Below, piece after piece: positions 16,831 to 24,240 of a DNA stretch of 32,000 nt. This DNA comes from Erysipelotrichaceae bacterium (GTDB taxonomy: Bacteria; Bacillota_I; Bacilli_A; Erysipelotrichales; Erysipelotrichaceae), in the NCBI GenBank assembly GCA_963676105.1, contig OY781039.1:1770001-1802000 (forward strand). The letters run 5' to 3'. The position numbers and the translations under genes are program-made. A model generated the notes under the pieces. That model had not been told where the DNA came from, searched no databases, and saw nothing but the letters and a program-made list of their open reading frames with translations. Numbering within the stretch: position 1 is the first letter of the stretch; every line of letters starts with the position of its first letter.

Positions 16831-17261
16831 TAGTAAGTTAAATTTTGATTTTCAGCTTCACTATCTTTAGATGAACCAAGTCCAATCCCTATGGCTAGAC
16901 CCATGCTTATTCCAATCGCTATAAAGGCAGAGTTTGTACTGCTTAATGCACCACCTATGGCCACTCCAATCGATAAGCCTAAAGCTAAATAGGTGTTTTG
17001 ATAGTAACCTTTTTCAACAAGTCCAAATTGATTTTCACAATACTTAAAAAGTAGATAACTTGTCTTACGATATTCTTTATATGCTTCATTGCTTAGCATA
17101 TTTACGACATCATTGTAGTAAGTATTTACTTGATGATCATCAATGTTTTTTTCTTCTATTTTTTGAGCTAATCGAATAAGTTTGTGAACAAATAGCTTTT
17201 TTTGTTCCTTTGAATCATATTGTTCATTTAAAAACTGTAATTTTTTAATAATATCTTGCAT
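16830..17261 (-). CDS. Hypothetical protein: helical N-terminal domain plus C-terminal glycine-zipper membrane segments
   Basis: 143 aa. The C-terminal LGLSIGVAIGGALSS...GISMGLAIGIGLGS shows GxxxG/glycine-zipper repeats. No family is recognised. Confidence 0.55.
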   Translation of the reverse strand: MQDIIKKLQFLNEQYDSKEQKKLFVHKLIRLAQKIEEKNIDDHQVNTYYNDVVNMLSNEAYKEYRKTSYLLFKYCENQFGLVEKGYYQNTYLALGLSIGVAIGGALSSTNSAFIAIGISMGLAIGIGLGSSKDSEAENQNLTY

Positions 17262-17287
17262 ATATTAAGGTTAACATATGATCTCAA

Positions 17288-17322
17288 TTGAAAAAAACTT
17301 CATTACCCATTACATTATTCAC
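17288..17322 (+). promoter_or_regulatory. Promoter positioned for a leaderless bioY transcript
   Basis: TTGAAA (17288-17293), 17 nt, TACATT (17311-17316), 6 nt, ATG 17323. No SD is present. Confidence 0.45.
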
Positions 17323-17850
17323 ATGACAAATATTAAAACACTAACAACTTCAGCCCTATTAGCAGTTATTATCAGCATTTCGGCTTATATATCTATACCA
17401 CTACCATCCTTCACAGTTTCATTTACATTACAGACTTTAGTCATCATGATTATTGGATTAGGTATGCCAAAAGAAACTTCAATCACATCAGTTCTACTTT
17501 ATTTATTTTTAGGGGCAATTGGTTTACCTGTCTTTTCGCATGGACAAGCAGGTCTTGTGACACTGTTTGGTCCTACAGGTGGTTATTTATTTGGTTTTCT
17601 ACTAGCGACAATTTTCATGAGTTTATTTAAAACAAAAACATTTTTATTAAGGGTCGTATTAGCATTTATTGGCGGCGTTGTTGTTGTATATATCTTTGGC
17701 GTTATTGGTTTGATGTGGGTATTAGAAATTAATGTATTTGATGCGATCATGATAGGTGTTATTCCATTCATTGTATTAGATACAGTTAAGGCTATTTTGG
17801 CAGCTTGGTTTGTGACAAAATATCAAACGATCTTTAATCGATTTAATTAA
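17323..17850 (+). CDS. bioY: Biotin ECF-transporter S component BioY
   Basis: GLPVFSHGQAGLVTLFGPTGGYLFGF is the BioY signature, with about 6 TM segments. The track ORF begins at 17278. ATG 17323 (MTNIKTL...) is preferred because of the promoter geometry and the only 16-bp gap to the divergent gene. The start remains uncertain. Confidence 0.8.
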   Translation: MTNIKTLTTSALLAVIISISAYISIPLPSFTVSFTLQTLVIMIIGLGMPKETSITSVLLYLFLGAIGLPVFSHGQAGLVTLFGPTGGYLFGFLLATIFMSLFKTKTFLLRVVLAFIGGVVVVYIFGVIGLMWVLEINVFDAIMIGVIPFIVLDTVKAILAAWFVTKYQTIFNRFN

Positions 17851-18035
17851 ACTCAACTGAATACTAAGTTAATTGTGCACAAGAATGAAACAATTCACAA
17901 AAATTTCACAGTTCTTACATTGTGTTTTCATAATTCTTGAGTATACTGTACACATAACAAGGAAACCTGTATCAAATTTATACAAATTTCATTGTTCCCC
18001 CTATTAATAATTAATTAATAATCCTTGTTAAAATG

Positions 18036-18067
18036 AAATCGTACTGGCAGCGTACGATTTTTATTTT
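18036..18067 (+). terminator. Rho-independent terminator (bioY 3' end and/or a small RNA)
   Basis: AAATCGTAC-TGGCAGC-GTACGATTT stem-loop followed by TTTTATTTT. Confidence 0.7.
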
Positions 18068-18078
18068 ATACTGTATCT

Positions 18079-18468
18079 ATGAGTAAAACTGTAGTCTTAA
18101 GACTTAAACCAAAAGAAGATATAAAATTAGCCTTAAAGAACTTAGATATTGATTCAGGATCGATTATCAGTGGGGTAGGGTCAGTTTCAAAAATGTGTTG
18201 TCGTATTGACGATGGCGTCACTGTTTTAGAACATCATGAACCGATGGAAATCATTGCCTTTAGTGGCACAATGACCAAGAAGAACTTACATATTCATATT
18301 GCAGGTATTAATGGGAAAATGGAAATGTTTGGGGGTCATCTTATGGATGGCTGTATTGTGAACACAACCATGGAGATTGTGATTTTAGATTTTAGTGATG
18401 AGTATCAAAATGATCGTGAATTTGATGATGCGACAGGTTATGATGAACTCGTTGTCCATAAGCGTTGA
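18079..18468 (+). CDS. PPC/DUF296-domain protein (predicted DNA-binding PCC fold)
   Basis: LRLKPKEDI...GSIISGVGSVSK...LHIHIAG..G...GGHL..GCIVNTTMEIVI follows the DUF296 pattern. TATACT (18067-18072) lies 6 nt upstream of the ATG with no SD. Confidence 0.7.
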   Translation: MSKTVVLRLKPKEDIKLALKNLDIDSGSIISGVGSVSKMCCRIDDGVTVLEHHEPMEIIAFSGTMTKKNLHIHIAGINGKMEMFGGHLMDGCIVNTTMEIVILDFSDEYQNDREFDDATGYDELVVHKR

Positions 18469-18501
18469 CATCAATCGTTAGTTTATATACGATTGAATCA
18501 C

Positions 18502-18577
18502 GCCGGCTTAGCTCAATTGGTAGAGCAACTGAATCGTAATCAGTAGGTTGCGGGTTCAAGTCCTGTAGCCGGCACCA
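18502..18577 (+). tRNA. tRNA-Thr (anticodon CGT), CCA encoded
   Basis: Acceptor GCCGGCT/AGCCGGC, anticodon stem ACTGA/TCAGT, loop ATCGTAA, T-loop TTCAAGT. It is followed by an AAGCC-TTAG-GGCTT hairpin and a T7 run. Confidence 0.9.
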
Positions 18578-18619
18578 TTTAAGCCTTAGGGCTTTTTTTA
18601 TTGGGTGTATAATTTAGAT

Positions 18620-18997
18620 ATGGAAAACAACGAAATTTACACAGAAGAGAAACTACAAAAGAAAATTGTTAAGGTTGCGAAAAAAGCAGGGATTAAATTA
18701 ATCTACTTAGTTTTACTTTTGTTCTATACTCTACAAAAGAAATCAACACCTACCAAAGCAAAGTCAGCGATTATTGGAGGATTAGCGTATTTTATTCTAC
18801 CTTTTGATTTTGTTTCAGATTTAATTCCAGCCATCGGTTTTTCAGATGATCTTACTGCATTAGTGTCGGTACTTATCGCAGTTGCGATGCATGTGGATGC
18901 AGAGGTTAAACGTAAAGCTAAAGATAGATTGCACATTTGGTTTGGTGATTATGATCAATCAGACTTAAGTGATATTGACAAACATCTTGAACAATAA
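18620..18997 (+). CDS. DUF1232 (YkvA-like) membrane protein
   Basis: YFILPFDFVSDLIPAIGFSDDL is the DUF1232 signature. The track uses GTG 18605, but that lies inside an extended -10 box (TGTATAAT, 18606-18613). ATG 18620 is 6 nt downstream of that box. Confidence 0.7.
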   Translation: MENNEIYTEEKLQKKIVKVAKKAGIKLIYLVLLLFYTLQKKSTPTKAKSAIIGGLAYFILPFDFVSDLIPAIGFSDDLTALVSVLIAVAMHVDAEVKRKAKDRLHIWFGDYDQSDLSDIDKHLEQ

Positions 18998-19043
18998 TTT
19001 ATGCAATTTGTTATCTAATGACGCAATTGCATAAATATGACAT

Positions 19044-19065
19044 AAAAGCCTGAAGGCTTTTTTTG
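19044..19065 (+). terminator. Rho-independent terminator
   Basis: AAAAGCC-TGAA-GGCTTTT followed by a T-run. It is preceded by a 12-bp-stem hairpin TTTATGCAATTG...CAATTGCATAAA (18998-19036). Confidence 0.75.
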
Positions 19066-19105
19066 TTTATGGTTTACAATAGATTTGTTGAAATCGGAGG
19101 AATTT

Positions 19106-20272
19106 ATGGACGTAAAAAAATATATAGAAAAATACTATCAGGAAGCTTCAGATATGCGTGACAGTATACATCGTGAACCTGAATTAGCTTTTGAGGAATT
19201 TAAAACAAGTGAAAAGGTGAGAGCTTTTTTAGATAAGCATGGAATTTCTTATAAGTTTCCTATTGCGAAAACAGGCATACTTGCTGAAATAAAAGGGAAA
19301 TTTCCTGGGAAAACTATTTTGCTCAGAGCAGATATGGATGCTTTACCAATGCAGGAAAATAAAGAACATTACAATGCATCTGAAATAGATGGAAAACATC
19401 ATGCATGTGGTCATGACGGTCATACATCCGGTTTATGTTTAAGTGCAGCAGTTTTGAATGATTTAAAAGATGAATTACACGGAACAGTTAAATTTATGTT
19501 TCAACCAGCGGAGGAAGCCATTGGTGGTGCTAAACCAATGATTGATGAAGGTGTTCTTGAAGGCGTTGATATGGCTTTTGGAGCACATTTAATTGGTGAG
19601 ATGGTCGAAGGGACTGTTGGTTTAAAATCTGGTCCAATGATGGCATCTCCCGATACCTTTAATATTAAAGTTTATGGTCGAGGGGGACATGGTTCAAAAC
19701 CATCGAAAGCAATTGATCCAGTTGTTGCGGCAGCTAATGTCATTATGTCAATTCAGACTATTGTATCTAGATTAAACGATGCTTTAGAACCTTTGGTTAT
19801 TACCATTGGTAGTATTCATGGGGGCAGTGCGCCAAATATTATTCCTGATATGGTTGAAATGGTCGGGACTATTCGTACTTTAAATAATGATTTAAGAGCT
19901 AAAGTACCAAACGATATTAAAAAAGTTGCAGAAAATGCAGCGGCTGTTTTAGGGGCAAGAATCGAGTTTGAACTTGAAATGGCTTATCCAGTTTGTATTA
20001 ATGATAAAGAAGCAACGGCGATTGCGAAAGAAGCTTGTTTATCATTCATGGATAAAGAGAATGTTATTGAATTAGAGAAACCAAGTATGGGGGCTGAAGA
20101 CTTTGCCTATGTGACTCAAAATGTTCCCGCTTCATTCATTTATGTTGGTATTGCGAAAGATGAAGAACATCCTATCAATCATCACCACTGTGACTTTACG
20201 TTCGATAATAAAAACTTAAAAGTTATATCAGAAGTCCTTGTTCAGTCAACTCTACATGCATTAAATAATTAG
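19106..20272 (+). CDS. M20-family amidohydrolase (N-acyl-L-amino acid amidohydrolase / hippurate hydrolase type)
   Basis: ATG 19106 follows GGAGGA. Motifs: LRADMDALP, HACGHDGH, FQPAEE..GGA, GRGGHGS. Confidence 0.85.
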   Translation: MDVKKYIEKYYQEASDMRDSIHREPELAFEEFKTSEKVRAFLDKHGISYKFPIAKTGILAEIKGKFPGKTILLRADMDALPMQENKEHYNASEIDGKHHACGHDGHTSGLCLSAAVLNDLKDELHGTVKFMFQPAEEAIGGAKPMIDEGVLEGVDMAFGAHLIGEMVEGTVGLKSGPMMASPDTFNIKVYGRGGHGSKPSKAIDPVVAAANVIMSIQTIVSRLNDALEPLVITIGSIHGGSAPNIIPDMVEMVGTIRTLNNDLRAKVPNDIKKVAENAAAVLGARIEFELEMAYPVCINDKEATAIAKEACLSFMDKENVIELEKPSMGAEDFAYVTQNVPASFIYVGIAKDEEHPINHHHCDFTFDNKNLKVISEVLVQSTLHALNN

Positions 20273-20279
20273 ATATTTA

Positions 20280-20314
20280 AAAAGTCATTCACTTGTAGAA
20301 TGACTTTTGTCTTT
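20280..20314. terminator. Bidirectional terminator between convergent genes
   Basis: AAAAGTCATTC-ACTTGTA-GAATGACTTTT, an 11-bp stem followed by TGTCTTT. Confidence 0.75.
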
Positions 20315-20315
20315 A

Positions 20316-21074
20316 TTAAGGGTTTACGATATCGTCTTCAAATCCTTCTAACCAATCTACTTCATAGAATTCATAGGTCTTATTATATTCATCACCTACA
20401 AAATAAGTTGAAGCATCATAGACTTTCCATTCACCATCAATGAGTACTTCAGCATGGTAGTGAGCGCTGGTTTCTTTGGCGATTGATCGAATGAGTTCAT
20501 AATCGTAATTGTAACCTTTTGAGTTTAATAATTTCTCAAGCCGAGCATATTCATCAGGTCCTAATCCAGTGGTCGTTTTAGGATCGATAGATGAATCGAG
20601 TTCGCTTGGTTTTTCTGCCATTTGTGCAACTCTACAATCTAAGCCTAAGCCATCTGCAATTGAACAGTATATGGTCGCAAAGTTATAACATAGACCTTCA
20701 ATTTTACCTTCTGAGTTTGTCACATCTAACATTTCCAATGTGGTATAGATACCAGGCAACATATAATTCCAACGCATCGCATCTGATATTGGTCCAAAAG
20801 CAACATAGTTCATATTTTCAATTTGCCAATCATAAATACCTTGTGCAATTTCTGTATCACTTCCACTGAGATTAATTCCCAATCTTTCAAGTGTTGTCGT
20901 ATCGAATGTAACAACTGGACTGTTTGGGATAAATTCTACATAATCCATATCTGCTTCATTATCATCTTCATAGTCTTCTTCATAATCTTCATCATCATAG
21001 TAATCATCATCTTCTGCTTGTGCACATGCACCTAACAGAAACAATACAACAAATAAACTCAAGAATTTTTTCAT
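20316..21074 (-). CDS. Lipoprotein with a hyper-acidic D/E/Y linker and a transglutaminase-like Cys-His-Asp core
   Basis: AGGAGG RBS. MKKFLSLFVVLFLLGAC lipobox, then AEDDDYYDDEDYEEDYEDDNEADMDY. Candidate catalytic triad context: GLCYNFATIY (Cys), HYHAEVLI (His), KVYDAS (Asp). Confidence 0.6.
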   Translation of the reverse strand: MKKFLSLFVVLFLLGACAQAEDDDYYDDEDYEEDYEDDNEADMDYVEFIPNSPVVTFDTTTLERLGINLSGSDTEIAQGIYDWQIENMNYVAFGPISDAMRWNYMLPGIYTTLEMLDVTNSEGKIEGLCYNFATIYCSIADGLGLDCRVAQMAEKPSELDSSIDPKTTTGLGPDEYARLEKLLNSKGYNYDYELIRSIAKETSAHYHAEVLIDGEWKVYDASTYFVGDEYNKTYEFYEVDWLEGFEDDIVNP

Positions 21075-21145
21075 AAGAATTGCCTCCTACTTATAGTCTA
21101 TGATTAATTAAAAGCTAACGCAATAATACGAAAGTTGTATTGGGA

Positions 21146-21180
21146 TTGAAACTTAGAATAATTTCAGTCACAATAAAATT
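21146..21180 (+). promoter_or_regulatory. Promoter positioned for a leaderless GNAT transcript
   Basis: TTGAAA (21146-21151), 17 nt, CACAAT (21169-21174), 6 nt, ATG 21181. No SD is present. Confidence 0.4.
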
Positions 21181-21627
21181 ATGAAAAACTATAAGATTAG
21201 TGAATCAAGTCAAAAAGATGAAAACTTTAGATCATTCTTAAAAGAGAAGATTAAAAGTCTTAATAATGAGATATCGTATTATCATCGTATTTCACGTGAA
21301 GAAGACTATGTAGAATATTATCAAGTCAAAGTAGAAGATGATGATTTTGTGGCAGGTTTAAGTGCACGGCTTTATTGGGATTGTATGGAAATTGATGACT
21401 TCTTTATTGAACAAGAATTTAGACTACAAGGTTTAGGTACACATCTTTTAGAGAAGGCAATTGAAGAAGCCATTAAAAAAGAAAAATCTTTCATTATTCT
21501 AACAACTTTCTCGTTTCAAGCTCGTGAATTCTATGAAAAACTAGGCTTTGTGGTTGTGGGAGAAATTAAAGATTATCCACCAGGTGAATCATTATATACA
21601 TTAAGACTAGACCTAAAAAAAACGTGA
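21181..21627 (+). CDS. GNAT-family N-acetyltransferase
   Basis: IEQEFRLQGLGTHLLEKAIEEA (acetyl-CoA pyrophosphate-binding Q/RxxGxG/A motif) and ...AREFYEKLGF. Confidence 0.8.
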   Translation: MKNYKISESSQKDENFRSFLKEKIKSLNNEISYYHRISREEDYVEYYQVKVEDDDFVAGLSARLYWDCMEIDDFFIEQEFRLQGLGTHLLEKAIEEAIKKEKSFIILTTFSFQAREFYEKLGFVVVGEIKDYPPGESLYTLRLDLKKT

Positions 21628-21648
21628 GGCATTTGCTTCACGTTTTGT
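21619..21648. terminator. Bidirectional terminator between GNAT and glmS
   Basis: AACGTGAGGCA / TGCTTCACGTT inverted repeat flanked by A7 and TTTTG. Confidence 0.6.
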
Positions 21649-21651
21649 GTA

Positions 21652-23478
21652 TTATTCAACCGTAACTGATTTTGCTAAGTTACGTGGTTTATCTACATCT
21701 AGACCTCTAAGAACACTTGAGTAGTATGCAAAGAGTTGTAAAGGAATGATAGATAGTAGTGGTACTAAATCAATATGACTTTCAGGAAGGATATAAGTTG
21801 TATCACTGAAATCATCTAGGTATTCAATACCAGGGGTCGCAATTGTAATGACTCTAGCCCCACGAGCTTTAACTTCTTTAATGTTTGAAACCATTTTCTC
21901 TGCTGTATCATGTTGAGTGATTAAAGCTATTACAGGGAAACCTTCTTCGATTAAAGAGATTGTTCCATGTTTTAACTCGCCAGCAGGATAGGCTTCTGAG
22001 TGGATATAAGAAATCTCTTTAAGTTTTAGAGAAGCTTCTAAGGCCATCGCATAATCCATTCCTCTTCCTAAGAAGAAGATATTTCGAATGTTTTGAAGTT
22101 CTGAAGCTAATTGTTTAATAGACTCTTGTTCATCTAAGAGTTTTTGAGCCAATTTAGATACGCCTTTAATCGATGTGATTAAAGTAGAAATTTGATCAGC
22201 ACTTAAATTACCTTTAAGTTGTCCCAGTTTATTCGCTAATAAGATAAATAAGGCAACTTGTACAAAATAAGCTTTAGTAGATGCAACAGATATTTCTAAG
22301 CCTGCCCAAGTATAAAGAACATGATCAGCTTCACGGGCAATGGATGATCCAACCACATTAACGATCGCAATGGTTTTAACACCATTCTTTTTAGCTAAAC
22401 GCATCGCTGCTAAAGTATCTGCTGTTTCACCTGATTGTGAAATGACTATGACCACGTCTTTTTTGTTTAAGATGGGGTCTTTATATCTAAATTCTGAAGC
22501 AACATCTACTTCACACTGAATACGTGCATATTTTTCAATGAGTTGTTTACCGATCATGGCTGCATGCATGGCTGTTCCACAAGCGACTAAATGAATATGC
22601 TCGATATCATTTAAGATTTCATCAGTTAATCCAGCCTCAGTGAAGTCAATCGTATCTTCTTTGATTCTAGGGTTGATCGCATTAAGTAAGACAGCTGGTT
22701 GTTCAGAGATTTCCTTCAACATAAAGTGAGGGTACCCTTCCTTTTCAGCAGTTTGTCTGTCCCAAGAAGCGTGTTGTACTTCTTTTTTGATTTCTTCAAA
22801 ATCTAGATTCATGATTTTGATAGAGTCTTGTTTAATGATCGCAATTTCATCTTCTTCTAAAAGATAGTAATTACGGGTACGATCTAAGATCGCAGTAATA
22901 TCGGATGCGACAAAGTTTTCATCTTCACCGATTCCAACAATTAACGGTGAATCTTTTCGAATCGCATAAATCGTATCTTCATAACCTTTGAAGATAATCG
23001 CAGTCGCAAATGATCCTCTAATTTTCTCTAGAACTTTACGAATGGCTTCTTCAGGATTACCTTTTTGTACAAAGTAATAATCAACGAGTTTCGCTAAGGC
23101 TTCAGTATCTGTTTCTGTTTCAAAAGTATAACCTTTACGAATCATTCTTTCTTTGATTTGAAGATAGTTTTCAATGATTCCGTTATGGACAATTGAAACT
23201 CTATGATTACCATGTGGATGTGAGTTCACATCACTTGGTTCACCATGGGTTGCCCATCGTGTATGACCAATCCCTACTTGGCAATGATCAAGTTTAAAAT
23301 TCTCTAATTTCTTTTCAATATTATCAATACGACCAACAGTTTTAACAGTAGAAATTTCGCCATTATCAAAAACGGAAATTCCAACTGAGTCATAGCCGCG
23401 GTATTCAAGTTGTCTTAAACCCGCAACTAAAAAGTCAGGCGCATTCTTGTGTGTAATAACACCAACAATTCCGCACAT
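21652..23478 (-). CDS. glmS: Glutamine--fructose-6-phosphate aminotransferase (isomerising)
   Basis: MCGIVG N-terminal nucleophile, two SIS domains, C-terminal ...AKSVTVE. 608 aa. Confidence 0.97.
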   Translation of the reverse strand: MCGIVGVITHKNAPDFLVAGLRQLEYRGYDSVGISVFDNGEISTVKTVGRIDNIEKKLENFKLDHCQVGIGHTRWATHGEPSDVNSHPHGNHRVSIVHNGIIENYLQIKERMIRKGYTFETETDTEALAKLVDYYFVQKGNPEEAIRKVLEKIRGSFATAIIFKGYEDTIYAIRKDSPLIVGIGEDENFVASDITAILDRTRNYYLLEEDEIAIIKQDSIKIMNLDFEEIKKEVQHASWDRQTAEKEGYPHFMLKEISEQPAVLLNAINPRIKEDTIDFTEAGLTDEILNDIEHIHLVACGTAMHAAMIGKQLIEKYARIQCEVDVASEFRYKDPILNKKDVVIVISQSGETADTLAAMRLAKKNGVKTIAIVNVVGSSIAREADHVLYTWAGLEISVASTKAYFVQVALFILLANKLGQLKGNLSADQISTLITSIKGVSKLAQKLLDEQESIKQLASELQNIRNIFFLGRGMDYAMALEASLKLKEISYIHSEAYPAGELKHGTISLIEEGFPVIALITQHDTAEKMVSNIKEVKARGARVITIATPGIEYLDDFSDTTYILPESHIDLVPLLSIIPLQLFAYYSSVLRGLDVDKPRNLAKSVTVE

Positions 23479-23499
23479 AAATTATTATGATCCTTTCAA

Positions 23500-23646
23500 A
23501 ATGTGTGAGTAGTTTAGGTTCTGTTGATTTGTCCTATTCCTAACGATGTCACTTATCACCGATGAGGCATCCGCCGAAAACTTCGATACTCCTCATTCCT
23601 CGTCACTTATCATTGTCATTATTTAATGACATTAAGTCGGGCGCTA
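23500..23646 (-). ncRNA. glmS ribozyme: glmS ribozyme (GlcN6P-dependent self-cleaving riboswitch) in the glmS 5' UTR
   Basis: The minus-strand RNA reads A|GCGCCCGACUU...AAGUGACGAGGAAUGAGGAGUAUCGAAGUUUUCGGCGGAUGCCUCAUCGGUGAUAAGUGACAUCGUUAGGAAUAGGACAAAUCAACAGAAC. This matches the conserved core blocks (AGCGCC cleavage site, GACGAGG, AUCGAA..UUCGGCGGAUGCC) directly upstream of glmS. The 3' boundary is approximate. Confidence 0.9.
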
Positions 23647-23782
23647 TAACTATAATTCTTTATTATTTTTATTTGTTTTTTTCTGTCGTTCCCCCTTTCT
23701 AATGAACCTATAATACCATAGGCAAAAGGCAAGTCAAATAGCCTATACAAGCCAAAGTCTATCGTGTATAATAATCTAGCAT

Positions 23783-23859
23783 CGGGACGTAGCACAGCTT
23801 GGTAGTGCGCTACCTTGGGGTGGTAGAGGTCGCGCGTTCAAATCGCGTCGTTCCGACCA
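23783..23859 (+). tRNA. tRNA-Pro (anticodon GGG), CCA encoded
   Basis: Acceptor CGGGACG/CGTTCCG, anticodon stem CTACC/GGTAG, loop TTGGGGT, T-loop TTCAAAT. An extended -10 TGTATAAT at 23764-23771 lies upstream. Confidence 0.9.
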
Positions 23860-23862
23860 CTT

Positions 23863-23939
23863 GCGGCTGTAGCTCAGCTGGATAGAGCAAGCGCCTCCTA
23901 AGCGCTAGGTCACAGGTTCAACTCCTGCCAGTCGCACCA
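23863..23939 (+). tRNA. tRNA-Arg (anticodon CCT), CCA encoded
   Basis: Acceptor GCGGCTG/CAGTCGC, anticodon stem AGCGC/GCGCT, loop CTCCTAA, T-loop TTCAACT. There is one A-C mismatch at the base of the T-stem. Confidence 0.85.
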
Positions 23940-23970
23940 GCTAACAATCGATGTGAAGTTTTACATATAT

Positions 23971-24053
23971 GCACCAGTGGCGGAATTGGTATACGCGCAC
24001 GTTTGAGGGGCGTGTGGGCAACCGTACGGGTTCAAGTCCCGTCTGGTGCACCA
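23971..24053 (+). tRNA. tRNA-Leu (anticodon GAG), long variable arm, CCA encoded
   Basis: Acceptor GCACCAG/CTGGTGC, anticodon stem CACGT/GCGTG, loop TTGAGGG, variable arm TGGGCAACCGTAC. Confidence 0.9.
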
Positions 24054-24065
24054 TCAACAAATTAG

Positions 24066-24090
24066 AGATACGAGAAATCGTATCTTTTTT
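24066..24090 (+). terminator. Rho-independent terminator of the tRNA cluster
   Basis: AGATACGA-GAAA-TCGTATCT followed by TTTTT. Confidence 0.8.
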
Positions 24091-24177
24091 GTTTATAGAT
24101 ATATTTACTAAGTATCTTTGAATCTTATGTGAAACTTACATCTATAATTAACATCACAAAAAAGAATTATGGTATTC

Positions 24178-24208
24178 TAATGAAAATAAAACACATAAAT
24201 TTTCATTA
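24178..24208. promoter_or_regulatory. 10-bp inverted repeat (candidate operator or RBS-proximal hairpin) upstream of the ATP-grasp operon
   Basis: TAATGAAAAT (24178-24187), 11 nt, ATTTTCATTA (24199-24208). It lies between a TATAAT box (24143-24148) and the AAGGTGG RBS. A further TTTTCAT copy at 24221-24227 abuts the RBS. Confidence 0.35.
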
Positions 24209-24240
24209 TTTATGTAAAGTTTTTCATAAGGTGGTGGACT

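Noticed and set aside
17236-17276. Possible BirA operator upstream of bioY (GGTTAACA half-site at 17269-17276, TGTAATT at 17236-17242)
   Set aside because: Only one good half-site is present. The candidate partner is degenerate and about 27 nt away, which is too far for the spacing I recall for BirA boxes.
17885-18007. 40-codon ORF (MKQFTKISQFLHCVF...) in the bioY-PPC spacer
   Set aside because: It has no Shine-Dalgarno and no -10 box at the leaderless distance, and its composition is unremarkable. The region is better treated as non-coding.
17985-18030. Resemblance of ...CATTGTTCCCCCTATTAATAATTAA... to a preQ1-type riboswitch tail
   Set aside because: It lacks the short P1 hairpin and the conserved A-rich ...AAAAAACUA tail arrangement I recall. 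The neighbouring genes have no queuosine link.
17583-18936. Minus-strand ORFs 17583-17771 and 18724-18936
   Set aside because: They are antisense to bioY and the DUF1232 gene respectively. They are shadow frames of hydrophobic-protein genes.
20591-21035. Plus-strand ORFs 20591-20869 and 20823-21035
   Set aside because: They are antisense to the transglutaminase-like lipoprotein gene. The second is simply the reverse reading of the acidic D/E/Y repeat (IIFIVFF...).
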